Below are positions 25,129 to 37,999 of a stretch of 64,000 nt of DNA, piece after piece (positions within the stretch are counted from its first letter, which is position 1; the number at the start of each line of letters is the position of its first letter). The notes under the pieces are model-generated. The model was given only the letters and a program-made list of their open reading frames with translations. It searched no databases and was not told where the DNA came from. The stretch lies in contig OX597818.1 of assembly GCA_951406725.2 (NCBI GenBank), positions 127,038,001 through 127,102,000 on the forward strand, written 5' to 3'. The DNA is from Octopus vulgaris. Taxonomy: Eukaryota. Made by a program: the position numbers and the translations under genes.

Positions 25129-26529
25129 TATTAAATACTGTACTTTTGTTCAATATAGAAACATATTGCAAAGGAATAATAAAGCAAGTGCATAAGCTGT
25201 AAATTTTTCTAAACATTTTGCAAACGAAGTGGAGTAAAATAATTCAGTGATGGTGACTTAGTGATGTAAAGTCTATACAGTACAAGTCAGAATGCGCTGG
25301 ATTTTTGTGTACGTTATTATACGTAACACGGCTTTTATTAAAATTTCGAGCACGTTCTTTTGATGAGAATTTTAGCTAAAATCGATTTGAGTAATAACTA
25401 TATAGTTCAAGTAATAATTCTACCCACTCGTGCTGAATGTTTCTACATGATCACGAGATCTCATAGAAATGGCAGTCAAATCTATTTTTATCAAACTGCA
25501 CTCTCTCATCTTTAAAGAAAAGTGACTAAAACTCATTACATAATGTAGTCCTGGATATATTGTGACAGAAAAAGGCGGCGGGGGCTGGTACATCTGCAAT
25601 ACTTTATGTATCAGATTCAGGAATGCTCACCTGAGATTATTACACAATTCTGACAACAGGTAACAGTTAACATCCTAACATCCATCAATTATGTATCCCC
25701 ATTCTCTCACTCACACACCCATACATTCACAAACTCACACGCCCACACTTACACGCATGCACACACACAACAAGGTAACATATGAATTACATTCGGGTAA
25801 TTTCGGAAAGATAATAATGGATCAGGTGACTGAACACCGCGTTATTTATTTATCTATTTATTTTCTCATTTCAAGTAAATCAGTTTTCAGAACAACAACT
25901 GAAATTATAACAAGCAAACAGATTCAAATGCGAACGCCACACGCACTCAAACAAATAAACACTGACACCTACACACACACATAGACGTACGCAAACACAC
26001 AAAAATACAATACACAAACACAAACAAATTCATGGGGGATGTTCCAATCGATTATATCTGCAGCTTCCAAAAAGAGGCACCATCTGCTTGACAGTTAAGT
26101 CTTCAATTGAAAACAATTAATGACTTGCATCTTTGCCAAATATTTCTTCATCAATATATCTTCTGTCGCCATTATAATTATATATATTATATATATATTA
26201 TATACATTATAATTATTTCTTTTCCTCTCAACGTTTCGGCAGTATATCTCATTTAACGAAACTGGTTGACCATATTTCTAATCAATCTAAATTTACTAAT
26301 TGTATACCTTATTTAACATAACTTTCTGTTAATATATCTCAACTCAATAAACTTTCTGCATATCTCATTTAACTAAACGGATTGACCCAATATCTCATCC
26401 CAATAAACTTACTAACTGTATATCTCATTAGCCTAAACCGACTGGCTCTATATCGCCTCTAAACTTGCTAAATATATATACATTCGTGCGTGCGTGCGCG
26501 GGCGCGTGTGTATACATATATATATATAT

Positions 26530-26830
26530 TCTTCTACCTCCATTTTTCCACTTGTATCACCACCACTTACACCTACGCAGACATTCACTACTTCTCAACA
26601 TAACCCTTTTCCTTCCGGTCTTTCAAAATGTGACCTCGTGTGTACCGTTGGCGATTTTTTTTCCTTTGTCTTCCCTTCTCTGGATCTTTCCTTCTCCTAT
26701 GTTTCCGACGAAGAGCTCCGCTCGAAACGTTAAACCCTCCTTCTTTCCTTCTTTCCTGAGCGTCCAATAATACTATATTTGTTCCACGTCCTCGCGTTGT
26801 TGTGTTTTTTGTGCTTTCTTGTTTGGATTA

Positions 26831-26835
<5 letters not shown>
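26530..26835 (+). mobile_element. PLE pseudo-LTR-like unit with a minimal hammerhead at 26701-26735
   Basis: gttt-CCGACGA-a-GAGC-tcc-GCTC-GAAA-CGT-T-aaac. The downstream 100 nt are homologous to 10170-10275 and end at (TA)n. Confidence 0.65.
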
Positions 26836-26863
<28 letters not shown>

Positions 26864-26865
<2 letters not shown>

Positions 26866-27240
26866 TCTTTTACTCTTTTACTTGTTTCAGTCACTTGACT
26901 GCGGCCATGCTGGAGCACCACCTTTAATCGAGCAACTCGACCCCGGGACTTATTCTTTTGTAAGCCCAGTACTTATTCTATCGGTCTTTTATGCCGAACC
27001 ACTAAGTGACGGAGACATAAACACACCAGCATCGGTTGTCAAGCAATGCTAGGAGGACAAACACAGACACATATATACGACAGGCTTCTTTCAGTTTCCG
27101 TCTACCAAATCCACTCACAAGGCTTTGGTCGGCCCGAGGCTATAGTAGAAGACACTTGCCCAAGGTGCCACGCAGTGGGACTGAACCCGGAACCATGTGG
27201 TTGGTAAACAAGCTACTTACCACTCAGCCACTCCTGTGCC
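26864..27240 (-). mobile_element. SINE family A
   Basis: Reverse-complement copy. Confidence 0.9.
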
Positions 27241-28907
27241 TGTATATATATATATACCACCGACAGCAGTTACTGTTTGAAAATCTCAACTAAATATATT
27301 TTTGGACATTACATCTCGTGCGGCTCAAGATTGTAAGCTCGTCAGTTAGATACGTGGTGACGCATTGTGTCCGTGAGCGAGGCACTTTATATCACGTTGC
27401 TCCAGTCCACTCAGCCGGAAAAGATGAGTTGTACCTGTAATTCAAATGACCAGCTTTGTCACATCCTGCGTCATGCTGAATCCCCCACCCCGCCGAAAAT
27501 TACATTAAAGGTACGCATGTCTGTGGAATACTCAGCCACTTGCACGTTAATTTCAGGAGCAGGCTGGTCTGTTGCTCGGTTCAGCTGGAGTGCCAGTTTA
27601 TTTTTTCTAACTGAAAAGATATGATGTAAGAAACACTTCTCTTTCTTCATCCACCCCCATCTACACCGGGTGTTACGTACCTCCAATTTCTTTTGTGACA
27701 CTATCTGGAATTGTTTTCTATCAGAATAATAATTTTGGAGCGCAAATAGCCCAATAAATAAAGCATGGGCAGTTTGTTCTTTTTTAATCAATGTTACATT
27801 CTGTCATTGACCAAGGCACTTACTTTCCAAAGGGCATTGTCCCCCATGTAAATAACACGTAGTTTGAGAACAATATATTTATTTAAGGTGCATCAGTGAG
27901 TTAAAATAAATAATTGTCTCGTTGATTTACCATTCTAAACTTATGTGCACTAAAAGAATCAGTTTCCAATGATTAGATACTGGCAAGGAAAGAGTCTGTC
28001 TCTTAACCGTTTAATGTCACGTAACGAGTAGAAAAGCAACGGACCAAAGGTTTATGAAGGTCAAAGATAACTGGTACCAGATTACATTCCTGTTTTACCG
28101 GATTGCATTCTTGTTTGGTATTTAGATACTTCTAGTGGAATTTATTCCGTTGCAAGCATTTTGGCCAATCTCCGTTTTGGGGGATAACTTCGTTCCTCCT
28201 TCTCTTCAGCTAATCTCAGAAGTGATCTGTCTCTCAGCCGTTTAATATCACAAAACAATGAGAGACGCATTGGAACAATGATCTACCGAGATCTGGGATA
28301 ACTGGCACCAAGCTACATTTTTGTTCTTGATTGCTAGAGTTAATCGGTCATCACCTTTGGGCCCCAAATGCCTTTAACGGAGTCTATCATTTTGCAAGCA
28401 TATGGACCAAATCTCTATTTAGGGGATAACTTTGTTCCTCGATCTCACCAGTTTTCAAAGCACTGAGAAGAATCACCGGTGCCGTCCTTTTACTTTTGAT
28501 TATACTATTTTAAAAATATATTCAGATTAATTAAAAAATTTTTTCACTGAATCCCCAATTCTATTTAAGGCACATATATAAAGCTACACTAACATGAAAT
28601 CTGCCACCAAAAAATCAGATTTCTGACAAATAGACTTGAAGTAATACTTGTCTAATCACTTCATCTACCTTTTTACCAGCATTACTAAAAGATGTCCAGT
28701 ACAGTCGACAATAACACTCAGCAAGATAAAATCCGTTAACTGAACCAATGAAGAAGTATGTGTGTGGTTTCTAGCGCAGTCAGAGGTTGCAGCCCAATCA
28801 CCTCCCAAATCATAACCTGCTGTTTTAAAGAGAAGAGGGATATAACATATAACACTAGCTTATGTACCCCTAAATGACGGGACGGCCAATTCTGGAATTT
28901 CTTTGAT

Positions 28908-29278
28908 GTGGAAGCACTCCGTCGGTTACGACGACGAGGGTTCCGATTGATCCGAATCAACGGAACAGCCTGCTCGTGAAATTAACGTGTAAGTGGCTGA
29001 GCACTCCACAGACACGTGTACCCTTAACGTAGTTCTCGGGGATATTCAGCGTGACACAGAGTGTAACAAGGCCGGCCCTTTGAAATACAGGTACAACAGA
29101 AACAGGAAGTAAGAGTGAGAGAAAGTTGTGGTGAAAGAGTACAGCAGGGATCACCACCATCCCCTGCCAGAGCCTCGTGGCGCTTTAGGTGTTTTCGCTC
29201 AATAAACACTCACAACGCCCGGTCTGGGAATCGAAACCGCGAGTCCGCTGCCCTAACCACTGGGCCATTGCGCCTCCT
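28908..29278 (-). mobile_element. SINE family C, full length
   Basis: 13-bp TSD gaatttctttgat at 28895 and 29280. Confidence 0.92.
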
Positions 29279-30203
29279 TGAATTTCTTTGATATCTGTTT
29301 GACGAAGCTGAACTTGAGTTAAACAACATCATCGTCAAAAACGACCATCAACTTTAACATCTAAATATCATCACAACAACAACATCAATGACAACAACAG
29401 CAAGACACTCCACAGCAACAGAAATAACAATATTCCTAAAAATTGATACAAGATTCTGAAAGCAGTTTGATGCTGTCAAAATGTTGAACAAATATTTGAG
29501 TATCTCTCTCTCTATCTCTCTCTGTCTGTCTCTATCTCTCTCTGTCTGTCTCTCCTCACTCTTATTCTGTCTCTTCTTTCTCGCTCCCTATTCCCATCCC
29601 TCTTTCCTTTCTATCCCTTTAGCTCTCTCTTACTCGTTTGATGTCTCTCCTCTTCTCTACGTACCTGTGCCTTTCTCTTTCTCTCCTTCTCTATCTCCCT
29701 CTCTTTCTCTTTATCTTTCTATTTTGGGGACTTTGTTATCTCTCTTGTCCTCTCTGTCATTATCTTTTGCTGCACAGCACCATTGTGAAAACACATTATC
29801 ATTGTTATCAAATTCGCATCAAATAAACCAACGTAGGAGCCCCTATGTAGTCGTCCGACCAGCTAGAAATGGCATCAACACCTCCTTCAAATTCATACTA
29901 CTCTGTCCTATCTTATTACTGTGGTCATTGTGGTATTCATTAATGACGTGGCACCCAAATTGCGCCACATTTTCCAGTCTTCTACAGCCCTCTGTGAATA
30001 AGCGAAATTAAGTCACGTCCACTCTTTGATGTAAAAAGGCTGTCTTTGCCTTGGCCTACCTTCCACTGTGCCTTTGTCCCTTCTACGCTGGAGCTTCTTG
30101 TGATGTGGCCATGCCATTTCAGTTCTTTTGTCTTTACAATTTTTAACATGTCCATGTGTGGTTCAATCGTCTTGCTTTTTTATCCGCACATGTAGTATTC
30201 TCT

Positions 30204-31768
30204 TATTGTTTTACTCTTTTAATTGTTTCAGTCATTTGACTGCGGCCATGTTGGAGCACCACCTTAAAGGGTTTTAGTCAAACAAATCGACCCCAGGACT
30301 TATTCTTTGTAAGCCAAGTACTTATTCTATCGGTCTCTTTTGCCGAGCCGCTAGGTTACACGGACATAAGCACACCACCATCGGTTGTCAAACGGTGGCA
30401 TGGGGACAAACACAGATACACACACATAAATACATGTATATACGAAAGACTTCTTTCAGTTTCCGTCTACCAAATCCACTCGCAAGACACCTGCCCAAGT
30501 AGGAGACACTTGCCCAAGGTGCTATGCTGTGGGACTGAACCCGGTGCCATATTGTTGGGAAGCAAGCGTCTTTATTTCATTACAATTGCCATAAAGGTAT
30601 AAAACAGATGGAAGCTTGCGAGCTGGACACAGACACAATGATAATGGAAATGAAAAAAGAGATGGTTGATGGGGGAAGCAGACAACACACGTCGATTGTT
30701 ACTTCCCGAAAACATTGTTCTTTTTTTTAAAAAAACACAAGCGAGGCATTGAACCTCTTACAACAGTTACAAATTGAGGCGCTGAGCCTCTTACCAATTA
30801 AATCTCACAAAATTTCAGCAAATATATTCAATCGCTCTTTCAAATTAAGGCGCTAAGCCTCTTACCAAAATCACCAAGTGCAAATTGAGGCACAAAGACC
30901 TCCTAATCTATATCTCCGACTAAGTCTCTTCCCACAATACGACGGAAGAAACAAAATTTCTTTGCCCTCTAAAGGCTGTCTCGCAAATTTGCGAGCCTCC
31001 TCAGGGGTGTTAAATAGCAACCATACCGTTGCATACTTGACACCCCCTGGAAATAAATTTTATAGATGGTAGATACTCTGCCAACTCTTTTTTTCAATTT
31101 GCATATTTTTAAAGAGGGTGATGGTGTCGAGCGACTTTAAGTAAGTCCTCAACACCACCGTACTCTTTTCAAAATCTTTCATCCACTGTTTGGGTGGCAT
31201 AATCTCCCACTGCAACGCAATGTTGTTCATCTTTTTTGCCATGTTTTTGGGGAAAAAAGTTCACAGAAAAATAAAAGTTCAAAGAGTTCAAAAAAACAAA
31301 AATGAAGGAAGGAAGGAAGGAGAAAAGAAAAAAAATCAGTTCAAAAACACAGCAAACTATTCTTCTGGCTGTTTTGGTACTCCTGGCCAACTCGGTAATC
31401 CACTTGGTAATCCAGGGCACAAAGTAGTCACACGACAATTTCACCAAAAATTGGGCAAGAAATAAGCACAATGTTCGCAATCATTGGAGTAGGGATACGC
31501 CCCCAAAACACACTTCTCACCGCTAAGTGAGAATCTAAGCACCACTACAGGCAGACAAATGCCCTGAACTCTCAGTGGAGATTTCTTGTTCCACAAAATA
31601 AATACATAAGCGCAACAAACCCCCACTGAATCCCCCCCAAAAAAACAAATGTCTTAACTTGTAGTTGTGTTTCACTTGTTCAATAATTCACGACTTTGGT
31701 GTACAAAGAAAAACACTGACCAACTTATGCGCTGAAGCAAGCTTCTTACCACACAACCATGCCTGTGT
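30204..31768 (-). mobile_element. SINE family A split by a 1.16-kb insertion
   Basis: The SINE body at 30204-30572 resumes at 31734-31768. Confidence 0.8.
30573..31733 (-). mobile_element. Non-autonomous L1/Tx1-like element carrying an ORF1-like remnant
   Basis: 14-bp TSD gaagcaagc(g/t)tctt at 30559 and 31734. ORF 31242->30871 (MAKKMNN...VWLLFNTPEEARKF...LPSYCGKR) has one internal stop. The element ends in aataaa. Confidence 0.6.
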
Positions 31769-32440
31769 CTTTTTTTTTAAAAAAAAAAAGAGAATTTTAA
31801 AATAAATAAGACATTGGATAGAGTGATCCTGGGGTTCTAGCAAAAAGATAGTAGGTCACATTTGGGTTGACTTTAGCCATGAGTATCTTCGATCAATTAT
31901 GACCTGGCGTTAAACAACAAAAACGACTGTAATAGAAGAAATAACAATCAAGCAAGAAATATAAGCAAACGTTGAGAAGATTGTAACTGGAACATCTTTG
32001 CTCACAGATCAAACCTGGAGCTGAACTACAACAGAAATGTAGTCAATTTAACTACGTCAGAAATGTAGTCAATTCGCTCTTGGCCATTAATCTATACCAA
32101 CACCATTATCATTACTACAAATACTTCAACCATCACCACTAACACCACCACCACCACCACCACCACCACCACCACCACCACCACCACCACCACCACCACC
32201 ACTTTTCCCCGTCATCAAACTCGTAATTATCTTCATTAATCTAATTAGACTAAGAAGTCGAAACATGGCCCCCTTCCACACACACACACACACACACATA
32301 CCGGCATATATATACTTAATAAACTGTCAAGCATGTATTCATGCGCATATATAGGTGTAATACAAATAAATAGGTGTGTATATTTACACTTCCTAAGAAA
32401 CACTCCATTAACGGTTATATACAAGCATTCTTACACACAC

Positions 32441-32472
<32 letters not shown>

Positions 32473-32512
32473 ACGTGTGCATATATGTATGCATAGACAA
32501 ATATCTATATAC

Positions 32513-32618
<106 letters not shown>

Positions 32619-32681
32619 GTGTGTATATATATATATGTATGTATGTATGTATATATATATATGTATATATATATACATATA

Positions 32682-32747
<66 letters not shown>

Positions 32748-33289
32748 CATACGCATACACAGCCTACAATCACACTAATCAAGAACCTCATCAGCAACAA
32801 CATCAACAACAACGACTACAATAACCATAGTTTCTTCTGTTAAAAGATTAAATTACTGTTTGCAAATGAAGAATTCTGCAGAGAATATCAACTGAATATC
32901 AGTTGTTTATTTTCCTGGGATTTGCATATGATACGACAATCGTATATTATAGGACAAATTTTAGAATAAAACATGGCTGAATATAACTAGAAATCATACC
33001 TAACGTCTGAATGTGGGATAATGAAGTAGACAATGGGATATTAAATAGTATTATATTATGATAACTGTAACAATGAATTAAAGTTAATAGCATTGGCTGT
33101 GTGGTGGGAGTGGACACGTGGGTAGCAGTAGCAACAACTGAGTTAGGCAGAAGTTGTGGAGATAAAAAAGAATCACGGCGGTAGAAATAGAAAAAAAAAA
33201 CGGTGACTCGATGGCAGTGTTTGTAGTATTTACGACAACTACAGCAACAGAAAAAACAGGTATGATAAGAACAGCAACAACAACAATAA

Positions 33290-33700
33290 TAATGTTGGTT
33301 TCAAATTTTGGCACAAAGCCAGCAATTTCGGAGGAGCGGGTAGATCGATTACATTGATCCCATTGTTCAACTGCTATTTATTTTATCCATATCGAACGGA
33401 TGAAAAGCAAAGTCCACCTTGGCGAAATTTGAACTCGGAAAGCAAGAACGGACTAAATGCGGCTAGGTATTTCACCCGGCATGTTGACTATTCTGCCAGC
33501 TCACCGCCTTAGCAGCAACAGTAATATTGGTTTGAAATTTTGGTATAGGGCCAACAATTTCGAGGGATGGAGGTGAATAGATTAAATCGATCCCAGTTCT
33601 CAACAGATGCTTATTTTGTCGATCACGATAGGATGAATGGCAAAGTGGACCTTGATGGAATTTGAACTCAGAAAGTAAGGACGGACGAAAAGCCGCTAAT
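33290..33700 (-). mobile_element. Two diverged SINE family B-related copies
   Basis: tttgaactc(a/g)g, tgccagctcaccgcctt and gatgaaaagcaaagtccacc motifs. Confidence 0.7.
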
Positions 33701-34356
33701 AGTAATATTGAGCGGAGAAATAAATACACCACCAGTGGAGGCTGCCACCAACTGTGAGAGAATCAGTTACGACAGCAGTAATGGTGAACGAAACAGCTGT
33801 TGACGGAGCAAAGGTGCAACAGTGAAGCTATTGTGACAATTGCAGATTTAGTTGTGCAGCAGCAGGGACCGTAAAAGAGTTGGCAGCAGTAGTTACACTA
33901 AAAACCATGGTACAGCAGCAATGCAACTGGAGCATTTACAGGATTATTTCTGCAGCAACAATGGCAACCGAAAAAGCAATCATAATAAAAGCATTTTCGT
34001 TAACAGAAATGGTGCAACCATGACGCAGCTGCATCGGGAGAAGAATTATTTGTACCGGAGCAATGGCGCTCGTGAGGACTTCAATTGAAGCGATTGTAGC
34101 AGTACCAAAAGCAGTAGAAGCGGTTGTGACAGCAGCAATGGTGATGGCAGTTGACAGCCTTGGCTGTAGCATTGGTGCTAACAACAGCAATGGACAGCAA
34201 TTGAACAGCAGCAGCAATGATAACAACCGCAGGGACGGTCCCAACAGTCGTGATAATAAATGTAGTAACATTTATGGCAACATCAAGTATAGGAGCATCT
34301 CTTAAAGTAACAACATTCAAGAACATCAGCGGTGAGGGCAGCACTGAGAGAAGATA

Positions 34357-34740
34357 GTGGAGGCGCAATGGCCCAGTGGTCAGGGCAGCGGACTCGCGGT
34401 CATAGGATCGCGGTTTCGATTCCCAGACCGGGCGTTGTGAGTGTTTATTGAGCGAAAACACCTAAAGCTCCACGAGGCTCCGGCAGAGATGGTGGTGATC
34501 CCTGCTGTACTCTTTCACCACAACTTTCTCTCACTCTTACTTCCTGTTTCTGTTGTACCTGTATTTCAAAGGGCCGGCCTTGTCACTCTCTGTGTCACGG
34601 TGAATATCCCCGAGAACTACGTTAAGGGTACACGTGTCTGTGGAGTGCTCAGCCACTTACACGTTAATTTCACGAGCAGGCTGTTCCGTTGATTCGGATC
34701 AACCGGAACCCTCGTCGTCGTAACCGACGGAGTGCTTCCA
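34357..34740 (+). mobile_element. SINE family C, full length
   Basis: tRNA head gtggaggcgcaatggcccagtgg...gtttcgattccc and a perfect 15-bp TSD cactgagagaagata at 34342 and 34739. Confidence 0.93.
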
Positions 34741-35173
34741 CTGAGAGAAGATAATGCTTCTACGCAGCAACAATTACAAATTGTTTTAACAGCTATACTG
34801 AAGGTAATCTATTGTAATCATTTGAAGTAGACCAAAAGTTGAACAGCACCAACTCCTTTCTTCTGGTAAAATGATGTAGCATACAGAGAGATATAGTGAA
34901 TAGTCGTAGGTACCAGAAACAATAGAAAATTGGCGAGTGATTTAATAGTGTATAGTCTAATTATTAAAGCACCAATTCTCGTATAGGAAAAAGGCGTTGC
35001 AACACCTTCGAAGCATGAAGAGAGAAGCGTCCAATTGTGATATGTATGTACGTATGTATGTATGAATGTATGTATATTTCAGCTTTTCTAGCAATGTAGC
35101 TGTCACACCCTAGTCATATTTAGTGACAATTGTAGTTTTCCTTTTTGGTGACACATTGCATACTGCTGTCTAT

Positions 35174-35235
<62 letters not shown>

Positions 35236-35894
35236 GGCGTTTTATTATTTACTTAATTTGTCAACTAACTTTATTGCCATCTGGGATTACATAGTTCAAA
35301 ACAGATAAAAAAAGATTGAAGATGAATATATTTTGGTACAGAGGCAATTTCTTCTGTCACTTTATCAATCTGCTACTACAAACAGATATTATAAAAAGCA
35401 ACAGCATCATTATAGAAAACTCAATGAAAAACGTGGGTTAAAAGACAAAAAAAAACTGGGTCCTGTTTAATTTAGAAGCTGACGCTGAAGTGGTAGAAAG
35501 AGATTTTGATGACTGATCTGAAGTTAATTTAGTTTTAATCAACGATATTTGGATCAATTTGGCAAGTGGGTTGCAGAGGAAACTTAGAAGCTGATCATGA
35601 CAAAATTATGTTAGTTTAATAACAACCATATTCCAGGTGAACTCACCTAAACAAATTGGAAATCTGTCACCTATGAAGAGTAAACATTGAAATCTTCCAT
35701 TTGAAAAAGATATTAACCCATCCTTACTTCTCGAATATAATGGCTTCATTATATTTCGACTATTTTCTACTGTTATAATTTTTACACATGGCCAGATAGT
35801 TTTGAGGAGAAGGAAGTGAGGTCGATTGCATCGACTGGTACTCATTTTATCAACCCGAAAGGACCGATGATGATGATAATAATAATACTAATAC

Positions 35895-35969
<75 letters not shown>

Positions 35970-36100
35970 TTTAAAAAAATTAACGAACTATTGAGTTAAG
36001 TTTAATGGCCTACCAATGTATACTATGAGTTTCTTTGCCTTAGGAGTCGGGAAGACACTCGGCAAGAAATGGAAGCAAATTTGAAATTTGAAATAAAAAG

Positions 36101-36154
<54 letters not shown>

Positions 36155-36158
<4 letters not shown>

Positions 36159-36760
36159 CAAATGAAAGCGAAATGGAATGAAATAGGACCCTTCGAAATA
36201 AGTGGGTAACGGTTAGCTGACCAGGCAAGGACGATAAGAACAAAATGGTGGTGAGATACATGGAAATTGAAGAGATAAAAAGGGAAGTAGAAAATAGAAA
36301 TAATACTTCACCAACTGATACACTGCCCAATGAGAACATAGAAATGAATGGTGGCAGTGATAATGTAGCGCAAAGTCTAAATGTAAATGCATTCTCAACA
36401 AAGGAGGCAGAATGATAAAAGCTATACCACAAGAATACGATGATGACCAACAAGATATAGTGAGGATGCTGAGCCGATATATTTGAGAGGACCAGGATCA
36501 AGCACCCTCCAATCTTAGGTATATTGATCGACGCAAGCTCAAAGTTGAAACCGAAAGGATAGATTCGGTCCTTGGGCTATTCCAGACTAGAAATATAACT
36601 GAAATTAACAAGATTATTTGCGCTGCACCTATGGTTGCTACAGATAGAAACAGATACAAAAGAAGAGAACAAACAGAGGGTAAATAACCATTCTGGCGTA
36701 GACGAGTTTGTGAGAAACAAATAAAGTTAAAAAGACATTTTTAAGATAAGGAATTTATTT
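36155..36760 (+). mobile_element. Degenerate Dong/R4-like N-terminal fragment adjoining (AAT)n
   Basis: Peptides RNITEINKIICAAPMVA and KPFWRRRV resemble the R4/Dong pre-RT region. It starts immediately after an (AAT)n tract. Confidence 0.5.
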
Positions 36761-36970
36761 TAAACAACATAAATCCTGCTTAGAGAACTTTGTTCCTCTC
36801 AAGCTGAAAAGTTGTAACATTTGAATCTATATATACACCTTGTATGTGTGTGTGTGTGTGTGTGTATGCATCTATTTATTTATAATAGTTTTCCACACCC
36901 AAACACACACACATATATATATATATATGCATGTATGTATGAATGTTTATCTATCTGTATATCTATCTTA

Positions 36971-37031
<61 letters not shown>

Positions 37032-37133
37032 ATATAAATAAATATATACATAGCGATTTATAGATATATGTATTTATGTATATGTGTGTATATACACTCA
37101 TATACATGCATACTTTCAGACAGAGAGACAGGT

Positions 37134-37164
<31 letters not shown>

Positions 37165-37458
37165 TACATGTCTCATGCTTATGTATGTATATATCCATTT
37201 ATCTATCTGTCAATCTATCTATCTGTGTCTCTGTCTCTTTTCCAATATTTTTTTTTATCATTATTAAACCTATCAACCTTGATGAATCTTCCGACGCCAT
37301 TATCTTCAGATTAATGTTCAAATCGCGATTCAATGATTGCTTACCGATCAGGATTTCCGCTATACCTCTTTAAGACTGTTCCACTCTATCTTAATCATCG
37401 TACACACCACCACTATAACCGCATTATTATTATTATTATTATTATGATTATGATTATG

Positions 37459-37489
<31 letters not shown>

Positions 37490-37490
<1 letters not shown>

Positions 37491-37960
37491 GTAGTGCTCT
37501 ATTTGTTGCGTGTGTTAGTCCTATTTTTTATTGCTTGAACTCTGTGTTTTGGGTATGTTTTCTGTTGTATAGGAAGTACTCTGCAAAGTGGTTTTATACA
37601 TCGTATATTGTATATGAGTGTAATACTGGAGTTCTAGGTTAGCATATTTTTTTTAGTAATTCTGAAAGTATTTGTTGTTAAAGATATCGTTTATATTTTC
37701 AGTCGCCAAATTTGGGTTGTTTCTGTTTCCAGGTAACTTTGGATAAAAAAAAAAACTCAAATCCTAATCGATATAAACTATCGTATAGTATGACTAATGC
37801 TTCGATCATAAGAAATTCTTGTGACAACTATGCGGTCAGATTAATTTCTATCTTTGGTTTGGTATAAGGTCATGTTGTCATGTTGTAAATCCTTTTTCTA
37901 ATGTATGACTGTACTATATGTTTTAAACTCGGTATTTCATATAAAGCTGTCATAATTCAC
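37490..37960 (-). mobile_element. Degenerate Dong/R4-like 3' end running into (AAT)n
   Basis: Minus-strand remnants resemble the D-RE-I..PDIVV...F-LI-D/E restriction-like endonuclease region. The 3' end abuts the (ATT)n tract at 37423-37489. Confidence 0.45.
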
Positions 37961-37999
37961 TGTACATAGCTTGAACATCGTGATAATTTAAAATGTACT

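Noticed and set aside
33700-34340. CAG/CAA-rich ORFs on both strands
   Set aside because: It looks like decayed trinucleotide low-complexity sequence, with no domain evidence.
34357-34435. tRNA genes at SINE heads
   Set aside because: The A/B boxes continue into SINE bodies with TSDs, and there is no complete cloverleaf or terminator.
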